From: an uncultured bacterium
GTDB lineage: Bacteria; Krumholzibacteriota; Krumholzibacteriia; JACNKJ01
NCBI GenBank assembly: GCA_963695095.1
Contig: CAVOFT010000001.1
Location: forward strand, 3,264,001 to 3,328,000
Direction of reading: 5' to 3'
DNA length: 64,000 nt
The position numbers were made by a program, and so were the translations under genes. Shown piece after piece: positions 41,066-54,706 of this stretch (position 1 is its first letter; the number at the start of each line of letters is the position of its first letter). The notes beneath the pieces were generated by a model. It was not told where the DNA came from and made no database searches. It saw only the letters and a list, made by a program, of their open reading frames with translations.

Positions 41066-42038
41066 TCAGCCCGCGGCGGATTGACTGAGCGTGATGCGAT
41101 CCTTGTTCACTGTGAGCCAGCGCGAGAAGTCCTGAAGCTCCGGATGCAGCCGGCGGGATTCTTCGACCGAACGCGCGGCGCAGAAGTCCGCCTCGAAGTC
41201 GTGCTTGAACTGGAACATGTTGCCCAGGTCCTCGGCCCCCGGGAAGTCGAGGCCGCGGTACGTCTCGAAGGGAACGGCGACGTAGCGCACCGGGCGGCCG
41301 AGGGCCTTGCCGAGAGCGGCGGCCATCTCCGCTCCGCTCAGGTGTTCGCCCGGCGATGCCCACGGTCTTGCCCACGAGCTCGGCTCCGCGCTTGAAGATG
41401 CCGTACGCGCAGGGGCCGATGTCCGCGGCCGCGATTCCCGGGAGCTTGCGCTCGCCCATGGGCAGGGCGAAGACCAGCTCCCCGTCCGCGCCGGGCTGGG
41501 GTCCCATGCCGAAGTGGATGAGGTTGTCCCAGTAGAACGAGGTGAGCAGAATGGTCGTCGGGCACGCCGGCATCGGCGAAGAAGTGGTCGGACTGCGCCC
41601 TTGGCGTCGAAGTGCGGCACCTTGTACTCCCCCATGAGCGTGGGCATGCTGGTCGCTCGTCCAGGGGCACCCACCTGCGCGTGTCCTCCAGCGTGGACCA
41701 GACGACGTGCTGTACCCCGGCCGCGCCCGCGGCCTCGGCCATCGGTCTCGCCTGGGCCATCTCCTTGTCCGGCGAGAAGTGCTCCCAGAAGTTGGTGACG
41801 CAGAAGGCGCCGTAGGCGCCGGCGAAGGCGCGGCGCACGGAGGCGGCGTCGTCCAGGTCGGCGGCCACCAGCTCGGCGCCGGCCGCGGCCAGGGCCCTCG
41901 CCGGGTCCGAATCGACCTTGCGCGTGATGGCGCGCAGCGGCGAAGGGTCCCTGGGTGTCGTGCCAGGATCGCACGCGCGAGACCGCCGCCCTGGGCGCCG
42001 GTCGCGCCGACGACGGCGATGATTTTCTTCGTTGCCAT
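41066..42038 (-). CDS. NmrA/HSCARG-family NAD(P)-binding protein (several frameshifts)
   Basis: GATGAQGG, GAF.VTNFWE, VPHFDAK and FPGAEDL.NMF found across three frames. Confidence 0.85.
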
Positions 42039-42162
42039 GAGGCCTCCAGTAAGCGTGAGGGGAAAAGCAGCGGCCGCGGCTCGCCCGCAGATGCCGTCAA
42101 GGTAGGGCCTGGCAGCGTTAGATACAATGCATCGGGCTTGACGCCTCGGAGTATGCGGTCCA

Positions 42163-43053
42163 TCAAATCTGCAATTGGCGCTGCGGCGGCGGGCAGAGGA
42201 TGCCCACGGGCTCGCCCGTCTCCGGATGCGCGAAGGCGAGGCGCATGGCGTGGAGCGAATAGCCCGTGTCGCCGGGCAGCGCGGCGCTCCCCTCCCGCAG
42301 GCCGCCGCCCGCGGCGTAGAGCGGGTCGCCCACCAGCGGATGCCCCGCGGCCGCCATGTGGATGCGGATCTGGTGCGGCCGGCCCGTCTCGATGCTGACC
42401 TCGACGAGGCTCGCCCCCTGCCGTCGCTCGAGGACATGCACGCCGCTGCGAGCGGCGCGGCCCGCGGGATTCGCGGCGAAGACCGATCCCAGCAGCGGGT
42501 GTGCGCCGCGCCCGATGCGCGCCTCGATCGTGAAGTCCTCCCGCTCGGGTTCGCCCGCGACGAGCGCGCGGTAGACCTTGAGGACGCGCCCCGCCCGCCA
42601 GGCCTGCGCGATCGCGCGCGCGGCAGCGGCCTTCCGCGTGAAGAGCACCAACCCCGAGGCGCCGCGATCGAGACGGTGCAGCGGCGCCGCGCCGGGGTAG
42701 CGAGCGCGCACGAGGGCGAGCAGGGTGTGCTCGAGGTAGCCGCCGCCCGGAAGCGTGGGCAGGCCGGCGGGCTTGGCGACGGCAACGAATGCCGGATCCT
42801 CATGGATCACTTCGAAAGTAAGCGGGGCCGCGGGCTCCTCCCAGGGCGGACGCGCCCAGCTGAGCGTGTCGCCGCGGGCAAGGACCTGCTCGGCCGACGC
42901 CGGCTGTCCAGCCACGCAGACCTGCCCTGCGGCGATGCGCGCGCGCCACTCCGCGCCGCTGCTGTGCGTGTAGCGCTCGGCCAGGTAGTCGAGCAGCGCG
43001 CGGCCGGCGCCGCGAGCGTCGATCCGCTCGCTGTAGGTGAAGCCGCGGTTCAT
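42163..43053 (-). CDS. RluA-family RNA pseudouridine synthase
   Basis: KPAGLP, HRLDRGASG, TGRPHQIRIH and GDPLY. Confidence 0.95.
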   Translation of the reverse strand: MNRGFTYSERIDARGAGRALLDYLAERYTHSSGAEWRARIAAGQVCVAGQPASAEQVLARGDTLSWARPPWEEPAAPLTFEVIHEDPAFVAVAKPAGLPTLPGGGYLEHTLLALVRARYPGAAPLHRLDRGASGLVLFTRKAAAARAIAQAWRAGRVLKVYRALVAGEPEREDFTIEARIGRGAHPLLGSVFAANPAGRAARSGVHVLERRQGASLVEVSIETGRPHQIRIHMAAAGHPLVGDPLYAAGGGLREGSAALPGDTGYSLHAMRLAFAHPETGEPVGILCPPPQRQLQI

Positions 43054-43144
43054 AGCGGATCGGGGCCTTCCGTTGCTGGCATCGCGCAGCGAGGAGGCGC
43101 CGCGGCAAGCCTGGCGGCCACATCGCTCTGCAGCAGCCTCGGCG

Positions 43145-43867
43145 TCACCGATAGAGGGACTTGATCGCGCCCCAGGACGCTCGCTCGACTGGCGTCGTTG
43201 GCCAGATGAGCTCGCCGGCGATCACCGTGAAGTTGTCGAGCGCAGCCCGCACGGTCCAGTCCCGAAAGGCGTAGTCGTGGCTCCAGGCATGGAGCTGGAT
43301 CGCAATGTCACCGCTCGGCGCCCAATCCGTGAGCACTGGGGTCCAAGTGCCTGCACTGCCAAAATACCCCGTTTGCGTGGATCCCGACCGCACCAGGCGC
43401 AGACTGCCGCTCAAGTCGCTCGTTGGGACGAGCACGAAAGGACCAAAGTCGGCCACGTAGACCTCATGGGCGCCGAGGGGCTCGATAGCGGAGAGGCTGG
43501 AGCGCTCCATGCCGTAGTCGTCGAAGTTGGCATCGGTCAAGCCGATGGCCACACGCACGCCATTGTACAGGGGCCACGTGAGCAAATCGAAGTTGACGCG
43601 GATGTCGAAGTCACCACGCAGCTCGAAGCGGCTGATCAAGCGCGCGCCGAATTCCCCGCCTGAGGCATTCGCGGGCATGAAGAACTCGAGTCGCTGGTTC
43701 TGCTCGTGGAGCTGTGCCCCGTAGCCGTAGAGCTCGACCGTCCATACATCGGTCGCGATGTGATTGTCATTGAAGTTGTCCACGAACACCTGCGCATGCG
43801 CCGGTGCACCTGCGAGAATCAACAGCGTGGCGAAACCGACGCGTGCTCTTGCATTGGCGACACCCAT
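43145..43867 (-). CDS. Secreted beta-sandwich (lectin-like) protein with C-terminal SWGAIKSLYR motif
   Basis: GGAGG RBS; signal peptide ending AHA; DNFND, GDFD...F, LDNF; lower GC than flanks. Confidence 0.8.
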   Translation of the reverse strand: MGVANARARVGFATLLILAGAPAHAQVFVDNFNDNHIATDVWTVELYGYGAQLHEQNQRLEFFMPANASGGEFGARLISRFELRGDFDIRVNFDLLTWPLYNGVRVAIGLTDANFDDYGMERSSLSAIEPLGAHEVYVADFGPFVLVPTSDLSGSLRLVRSGSTQTGYFGSAGTWTPVLTDWAPSGDIAIQLHAWSHDYAFRDWTVRAALDNFTVIAGELIWPTTPVERASWGAIKSLYR

Positions 43868-44005
43868 CTCATCCTCCCGTGTTTGCAGAACACCGTGCCA
43901 AGTATAGCTCAAGTCGGAAGGTTCTTGCAGCGCCGTGCGGCTTCCGCCTGGCGGAGGAACGTGCAATCCCGCGGCGAAGGTGTGGAATTGCATCTCCTCA
44001 GAGCC

Positions 44006-44106
44006 AGCGAACGCCAAGGACCAAGCGCGGAGCCGAGCAGACCGCGTGCGAGTGCGCAAGGGTGGTTGCATCGCTCGCGGCCCTGCGCTGCGTCCGATGG
44101 CGGACC
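44006..44106 (-). other. Degenerate attC-like palindromic element
   Basis: Minus strand CATCG-GACGCAGCGC...GCGCTTGGTC-CTTGGC-GTTCGCT; R' box GTT intact, R'' box decayed. Confidence 0.35.
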
Positions 44107-44141
44107 ACCGCGCCGGCTCTCGCCCGACGCGCCGCGCGCGA

Positions 44142-45149
44142 TCAGTGCGACCCGGCGCCACCGGCTCCCGATTGATCGGGCGCTGCGGAGGCGAGGGCCT
44201 CGCGCTCCCGAATCGCGTCGGCGTAGCGAATGACGCCGTCCGCGTAGGAGCCGATGGGATTGTAGCGGAGGAAGCCGCGCCTCCTGGGCGCGGCGCTCTG
44301 GCCGTAGCCGTTCGCCCGCAGGTAGCTGCCCACGCTGAAGACGGCGTCGGGCCAGTGATTGAGGTCGATGATCCCGTCGCCATCGCCGTCCGTGGCGTGC
44401 TTGAACGAGGCCGGCATGAACTGGGGATACCCGATCGCCCCCGCCCATGAGCCCAGCATGCGCGTGGGATCCTGCCCCTTAGCTTTGGCGAGCCTGAGCA
44501 GCGCGACCAGATTGGTGACCGCGCGCTTGTTCAGCTTCTCAAGGCGGCCGGCCTGCTCCTTCGGCGTCAGCTCGGCAGCGGCGGGCGGTCCGACAGTCGC
44601 CCGCTGCTCGTCGAGCGCGACCTGCATGGCCCGCTCGAGATAGAGCAACTGGGCGAGCAGCACGTTGAAGACGCGATGGCGGCCCACGTGTCGCCCCAGC
44701 CCCGATTCCCACATCAGGATCGCGACGATGTCCTGTCGGGCGACCCGGTAGCGCTCCTCCGCCGCCCGCAGCAGCGCGTCGTGCTCCCGCAGGAAGTCGA
44801 CGCCGGCCTGCAGCCGTTCGGGCTGCATGAGCTTCTGCGCGTACTCGGCATGATCCTGATCCTGATTGCGCTTGCTGCCGGGTACGGCGTAGCGGAAGAG
44901 CGCCTGGCGGTCGACCTCCGGATCGGCCTGCGCGCAGTAGGCGAGGAACTCCGCCTCGCTGACGGGCAGCCCTTCCCCGGTCGGGCTCGCCAAGCGTCGC
45001 AGCAGCTCTGCGATGTCGGGATTCGCCGGCGCGCCGCCGGGAAGGACGGCTTCGGCGGAGATCGCCCACGGCTCCGGCGCCTGGGCATGGCCGATCTCCG
45101 GCCCGGCCACGGCGACGGCGATGGTCAGGAGCAGCGCCGAACGCTTCAA
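44142..45149 (-). CDS. mltB: Lytic murein transglycosylase (MltB/SLT_2 family)
   Basis: IVAILMWES..G, GSWAGAIGYPQFMP and EF-hand DGDGDG.IDL. Confidence 0.88.
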   Translation of the reverse strand: MKRSALLLTIAVAVAGPEIGHAQAPEPWAISAEAVLPGGAPANPDIAELLRRLASPTGEGLPVSEAEFLAYCAQADPEVDRQALFRYAVPGSKRNQDQDHAEYAQKLMQPERLQAGVDFLREHDALLRAAEERYRVARQDIVAILMWESGLGRHVGRHRVFNVLLAQLLYLERAMQVALDEQRATVGPPAAAELTPKEQAGRLEKLNKRAVTNLVALLRLAKAKGQDPTRMLGSWAGAIGYPQFMPASFKHATDGDGDGIIDLNHWPDAVFSVGSYLRANGYGQSAAPRRRGFLRYNPIGSYADGVIRYADAIREREALASAAPDQSGAGGAGSH

Positions 45150-45195
45150 CTTGGGTTCTCCCGTCGCCGCCGCGATGCGCGCCGTTTTTCCGCGC

Positions 45196-48430
<3,235 letters not shown>

Positions 48431-48611
48431 GCGGGCCTCCGAGTGCGCGCACAGGCGCGGCGAACGGCGTGGAGGAGGAAAATGAGCGGCTTCGAGTATG
48501 CGTCCGGCTTGTACGGCTGTCAACGCGCGCGCGCGCTGCGGATCCCTTGGTGCGGCGCTCGCCAGCGGTGGTCGCATTGACTCAAGGGATCAATTATGGT
48601 CTACTTACTGC

Positions 48612-50318
48612 ATGAAGAACTCGACAGCTCTCCGCCGGTCCGCCCTGTTCTGCCTCCTGGCCCTGCTTCTGGCGACCCCGTCCCGCGGGAACGAGCCGCA
48701 GCGCGCGCCGTCGCGGATCGCCGATCACCACGAGGTGCCGGACGACCCCTACATCGCCTCGCCCCGCGCGGAGCATCCCCGCTCGCCCGGCATGCGCTTC
48801 GGCTCGCGCTCGTTCATCACCGTCCAGGTGAACGTCGATGCCCTCGGGCAGAACATCGTCGGCGATGCGGCCAACGAGCCCTCCATCGCCGTCGACGCGA
48901 CGGATCCCGACAAGATCGTGATCGGCTGGCGGCAGTTCGACACCATCAGCAGCAACTTCCGCCAGGCGGGCTACGCCTACACGACCGACGGCGGCCTCAC
49001 CTGGACCTTCCCCGGCGTGATCGAACCCGGCGTCTTCCGCTCCGATCCCGTGCTGGACTCGGACGCGGACGGCGGCCTCTACTACAACAGCCTCACGGTC
49101 GAGAACGGCGACGAGTACCTCTGCGACGTCTTCCGTTCCTTCGCGGGAGGGATGAGCTGGGATTCAGGCGTGTCGGCCCGCGGCGGCGACAAGCAGTGGA
49201 TGGCGATCGACAAGTCCGGCGGCGTGGGCGACGGTCACATCTACGCTTTCTGGAACGCCTACTTCAGCAGCTGCGCGCCGGGCTCCTTCACCCGGTCCAC
49301 GGACGGCGGCGGCTTCTACGAGAGCTGCACCACGATTCCCGACAACCCCTACTGGGGCACGCTCACGGTGGCTCCGGACGGCGCGCTCTACACGGTCGGG
49401 GTGCCCCTCTTCGGCGACGACTTCGTCGTGACGCGCTCGGCGAACGCCCAGCAGGCCGGACAGGCCGTCACCTGGACCTCCACAGCCTTCGCCCTGGGCG
49501 GCTCGATCGACTCGAACACCGGCCCCAATCCCGGGGGCCTGCTCGGTCAGGCCCACATCGCGACCATCCCCGATGGCGGCCCGCAGGGTTACGCACTCTG
49601 CGTGCTCTGTTCGGTGAATCCGCCGGGGTCCGACCCGCTCGACATCAAGTTCGCGCGCAGCACGGATGGCGGCGCCACCTGGAGCGCGCCCGTCCGCGTG
49701 AACGACGACACCGGCAACGCCTGGCAGTGGTTCGGGACCCTGTCCACCAGCCCTTCCGGCCGCATCGACGCCGTCTGGCTCGACACGCGGGACAATCCCG
49801 GCACCTACCTGTCTTCTCTCTACTACGCCTACTCCACCGATGGCGGGCTGACCTGGTCGGAGAACGAGCGGCTGTCCGAGGCCTTCGATCCGCACGTCGG
49901 CTGGCCGAACCAGCAGAAGATGGGCGACTACTTCCACATGCTGTCCGACGACACGGGCTTCAGCCTCGCCTGGGCGGCCACCTTCAACGGCGAGCAGGAC
50001 GTCTACTACGCGCGCATGGGCCTGGGCCCCACCGCGGCCGGGGAGACGCCCCCGCCACCGGTCGCCCTCTTGAAGAGCGACCCGAACCCCTTCACGGCGA
50101 GCACCACGCTCCGTTACAAGGTGCCCCGTGCGGCCTTCGTCACCCTGGAGGTCTACGATCCCCTCGGGCGGCGGGTCGCGACGCTGGTTGCGGACGAGCG
50201 CCAGGCGGGATCCTACGTGACGCAGCTCGACGCGCAGGCCCTCCCCGGCGGCATCTACCTCTGCCGGCTCAGCGCGGGCGACTACCAGGACTCGGTGAAG
50301 CTGCTGCATCTGAAGTGA
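48612..50318 (+). CDS. BNR/Asp-box (sialidase-like) propeller protein with T9SS-A-like C-terminal domain
   Basis: Repeated S/T-T-D-G-G-x-T-W boxes, NEPSIAV, DKQW, GDYF; PNPF...YD.LGR.VATL...GIY...KLLHLK. Confidence 0.88.
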   Translation: MKNSTALRRSALFCLLALLLATPSRGNEPQRAPSRIADHHEVPDDPYIASPRAEHPRSPGMRFGSRSFITVQVNVDALGQNIVGDAANEPSIAVDATDPDKIVIGWRQFDTISSNFRQAGYAYTTDGGLTWTFPGVIEPGVFRSDPVLDSDADGGLYYNSLTVENGDEYLCDVFRSFAGGMSWDSGVSARGGDKQWMAIDKSGGVGDGHIYAFWNAYFSSCAPGSFTRSTDGGGFYESCTTIPDNPYWGTLTVAPDGALYTVGVPLFGDDFVVTRSANAQQAGQAVTWTSTAFALGGSIDSNTGPNPGGLLGQAHIATIPDGGPQGYALCVLCSVNPPGSDPLDIKFARSTDGGATWSAPVRVNDDTGNAWQWFGTLSTSPSGRIDAVWLDTRDNPGTYLSSLYYAYSTDGGLTWSENERLSEAFDPHVGWPNQQKMGDYFHMLSDDTGFSLAWAATFNGEQDVYYARMGLGPTAAGETPPPPVALLKSDPNPFTASTTLRYKVPRAAFVTLEVYDPLGRRVATLVADERQAGSYVTQLDAQALPGGIYLCRLSAGDYQDSVKLLHLK

Positions 50319-50329
50319 GGCCAGCGGTT

Positions 50330-50430
50330 CCCGCTCCGCTCGCTCGGACGCCTTGCACTCGATGGCCAGCTCCATGTCACCCACGATGAAGTCGACTTCG
50401 AAGCCCGAACTCGTCCGCCAGAAGCTCAGC
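50330..50430 (-). pseudogene. Remnant of a DUF4143-like (AAA-associated PD-(D/E)XK) C-terminal domain
   Basis: LSFWRTSSGFEVDFIVGDMELAIECK with no recognisable N-terminal part. Confidence 0.6.
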
Positions 50431-50535
50431 GCGTGTGTACTCCCGCCTTCCTGCCCCGGTGCCGTGAGGAAGGCAGCAGCGCTGCAGCAGCCACTCGCGC
50501 GGTCATCCTCGCCCTTCAGTGCCCGGGAAAGCAAG

Positions 50536-50561
50536 AGCCCGCAGCTTCAGGGCTGCGGGCT
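50536..50561 (-). terminator. 10-bp perfect stem hairpin
   Basis: AGCCCGCAGC-TTCAGG-GCTGCGGGCT, just past the 50586 stop. Confidence 0.55.
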
Positions 50562-50585
50562 GGGCGTCAAACAGCCGTTTCGATG

Positions 50586-50675
50586 CTAGTACAAAGCCTT
50601 GACGCTTGACCAGGCGCTGCTCTCGGTAGCGGTGCCGCCGATCGTGAACTCGACGTAGGTGTCCCGAGGCCACAT
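50586..50675 (-). pseudogene. Orphan 3' gene end carrying a WSSVKALY motif
   Basis: Manual translation MWPRDTYVEFTIGGTATESSAWSSVKALY*; in-frame TGA a few codons upstream. Confidence 0.6.
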
Positions 50676-50855
50676 CCCCCTGCGACAGCAGCCCCCAAAC
50701 GATCACGCCGGCAGGATCCCCACGTCCTTGCAGTCGAATCGATAGGAACTTGTGACTGCCCTGCCTCGGTGCTAGGATCTTGCCTCGTCCAACATCCGGT
50801 AGCAATCAGCGGCTCCGGGGCCACTCAAGACAACACGAGGCATCCTCCGTTTATC

Positions 50856-51512
50856 ATGAATCCTGAAGCTCTTGATGGCAGCGACGATCAGTCGACGATC
50901 CCCCCCGCTCGAAAGGAGCGACAATGGCAGGCGTCCGCCCGCAGGTGGGCGCTGGAGCTGCTCATTGTCTTCGTAGGAGTCTATGCTGCCTTCGCTCTAT
51001 CCGAACACCAACAGCATCTGCAAACAGTTGCGCATCGCGATCAGATCCAGCAAGCACTCTTGCTCGAAATCGAGGAGATCACCGTCCGCACCCGTCGGGC
51101 CGCCGAGACGATCCCTCAGGTTGCTGCCTACTATGATTCGAGCATCGCTGCAGGCGGAATGCCGCCGCTGCAGCCGATGATCGAACCGCTGAACGTGCAC
51201 CCGCACATGTGGGAAGCCGTCCTGCAGAGCGGCGGTTTGAATCTGCTGGACGTATCGACCCTGTACCGGATCTCCGAGTTCTACAACGCGTTGAACGCCG
51301 GCTTCGAGCAGTTGCGTCAGCTGCGACAGCTTTCGGAAGCCGTGCTCATTCCGAACCTGGATCGCGGCTCCGGGGAGTTCTACGATCCCGTGACGAAGCA
51401 GCTGCGCCCGAAGTACGCGTGGTACCCGCAGGGATTGCGCAGAGTAGGAGATCTCGCCTTCGGCATTACCGAACTCGGCGATGGCTTGGTGGCGGACTTG
51501 AAGGAGGATTGA
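50856..51512 (+). CDS. Hypothetical protein with N-terminal TM (ELLIVFVGVY.AF) and helical domain
   Basis: Open frame, single TM, lower GC. Confidence 0.75.
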   Translation: MNPEALDGSDDQSTIPPARKERQWQASARRWALELLIVFVGVYAAFALSEHQQHLQTVAHRDQIQQALLLEIEEITVRTRRAAETIPQVAAYYDSSIAAGGMPPLQPMIEPLNVHPHMWEAVLQSGGLNLLDVSTLYRISEFYNALNAGFEQLRQLRQLSEAVLIPNLDRGSGEFYDPVTKQLRPKYAWYPQGLRRVGDLAFGITELGDGLVADLKED

Positions 51513-51576
51513 TTCCCTTGGTCCGGGGGCCTTCGCATGAAGGTCCGCTTCTCGCCTTGGGGAGCCAACCCCGCGA

Positions 51577-52634
51577 TTACATCTCGGCGTGGTAGGGACA
51601 AGCGGCGAAGTGCTCGGTCGCCACTTCGACCAGCGGCGGCCGCGCCTCGGCGCAGGCCGGCCGCGCGATCGGGCAGCGGGCGCGGAAGACGCAGCCGCTG
51701 GGCTTGTTGATCGGCGTGGGCACGTCGCCCTTGAGGATGATGCGCCCCGCCCGCGACTTGCGGGGGTCCGGCAGCGGCACCGCCGACAGCAGCGCCTTGC
51801 TGTAGGGATGCAGCGGGTGGTGGTAGACCTCGAGGGCCGGCCCCAGCTCCACGATGCTGCCCAGGTACATCACCGCGATGCGCGTGCTGATGTGCACCAC
51901 CACGCTCAGGTCGTGCGCGATGAACAGGTAGGTGAGGCCGAACTCCTCCTGCAGGTCCATGAGCAGGTTGATCACCTGCGCCTGGATGGAGACGTCCAGC
52001 GCGCTCACCGGCTCGTCGGCGACGATGAGCCTGGGGTTCGTGGCCAGCGCGCGCGCGAAGCCGATGCGCTGGCGCTGTCCGCCCGAGAACTCGTGCGGAT
52101 AGCGGTGGCTCTGCTCGGCGCTGAGGCCCACCTTGTCCAGCAGCCAGCCCACGCGCTCCATGCGCTCGCCGCGGCTCATGCCGCGCTTGTGGAGGGTGAG
52201 CGGCTCCTCGATGATCTGCCCGACCGTTAGCCGGGGGTTCAGCGAGCTGTAGGGATCCTGGAAGATCATCTGCAGGTCGCTGCGGTAGGGCCGCAGCTTG
52301 CGGCGGCCGAGGCCAAGCAGATCCACCTCGCCCCGTTCGCTGGCGAAGTAGGCGTGGCCCTTGATCTCCACGTCGGGCGCGGTGGTCCAGAGGATGTTGA
52401 GCAGGGCCCGGCCCACCGTGCTCTTGCCGCAGCCGGACTCGCCGACCAGGCCCAGGGTCTCGCCGGGGCGGATGGCGAAGCTCAGGTCGTCGACGGCGTG
52501 CACCTCGGCCTGCTTGCGCAGCATGATGCCGCCGAAGATGGGATAGCGCACGTCGAGGCCCTCGACGCGGAGCAAGGCTCCGCCCCCGGGGGCGGCCGGA
52601 GCTGTGCCGACCGGCGGCGTCGATTGCGGCTCGC

Positions 52635-52638
<4 letters not shown>
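51577..52638 (-). CDS. oppF: Oligopeptide ABC transporter ATPase (OppF-like)
   Basis: [31 protein letters not shown] and Cys-rich tail. Confidence 0.92.
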
Positions 52639-53631
<993 letters not shown>

Positions 53632-53632
53632 C

Positions 53633-54698
53633 TCAGCGCAACCTCGAGAAGACCTTGGGGTCGAAGGCCTCGCGCACGGCCTCGCCGATGAAGGTCACCA
53701 TGAGCAGGGTGAAGAAGAGCGCGGTCAGCGGCGTGAGCACCAGCCACCAGGCGTTGGTGATCTCGTCCATGCCCTGCTGCACGAGCTGGCCCCAGCTCGG
53801 CGTCGGCGGCGGCAGGCCGAAGCCGAGGAAGTCGAGGCTCACCAGCGAGCCGATGTAGGCCACCACGCGCGAAGGGCGCGAAGCTGACCACCGGCGTCAG
53901 GGCATTGGGCAGGATGTGCCGGAAGATGACCTGCCGGTTGGACGCCCCCATGGCGATCGCGGCGGCCACGTAGTCCTTCGCCTTCTCGCGGTAGAACTCG
54001 CCGCGCACGTAGTAGGTCATGCCCATCCAGCCGAAGCAGGGTGAGCACCAGCACGAGCAGCGCGAAGTTGGGCTGCAGGATGGAGCTGATGATGATCATC
54101 GTGTAGAGGAAGGGCATCGCGCTCCAGATCTCGATCGAAGCGCTGCACGCTGATGTCGAAGCGCCCGCCGTAGTAGCCGAGCAGGGCGCCGATGGTGATG
54201 CCCACCACGTAGGAGACCAGCGTCGTGATCAGCGCGAAGCTGATCGAGATGCGGAAGCCGTAGAGCAGGCGCGCGAAGACGTCCCGGCCGCGGTTGTCGG
54301 TGCCGCACCAGTGGGCGCGGCTGGGATGGTGCGGCGGCTGGCCGGGCAACTCCAGCAGCGACTCGTTCGGGTGGTAGGGGTAGAGCGGCATCAGCGCGAA
54401 GCCGCTGCCCTCGGCCCTGAAGCGCGCGGCCAGCTTGCGATAGTTCGGCTCCTCGCCGCCCTCGCCGCCAAAGGTGCTGCCGGGGTAGAAGTGCAGCAGC
54501 GGGAAGTAGGTCCTGCCCTCGTAGCGCACGAAGAGCGGCTTGTTGTTCACCATCAAGGGCAGCAGGAAGGAGAGCGCGTAGAATCCCGTGAGCAGCAGGA
54601 AGGAGTACCAGCCGCGCTTGATGCGGCGGAACTTGCGCAGCCGCTTGCGAAAGAGGCTGACGCTCGACCTGCTCGCCCTTTGCGCCTTGAGCTGCCAC
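53633..54698 (-). CDS. Peptide ABC permease (YejE/OppC-like; several frameshifts)
   Basis: [36 protein letters not shown] and [10 protein letters not shown]. Confidence 0.87.
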
Positions 54699-54706
54699 CG
54701 CCCCCC

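Noticed and set aside
43054..43144. Second attC downstream of the 43145 gene
   Set aside because: Only weak pairing (CAGCGA/TCGCT); no correctly placed R boxes
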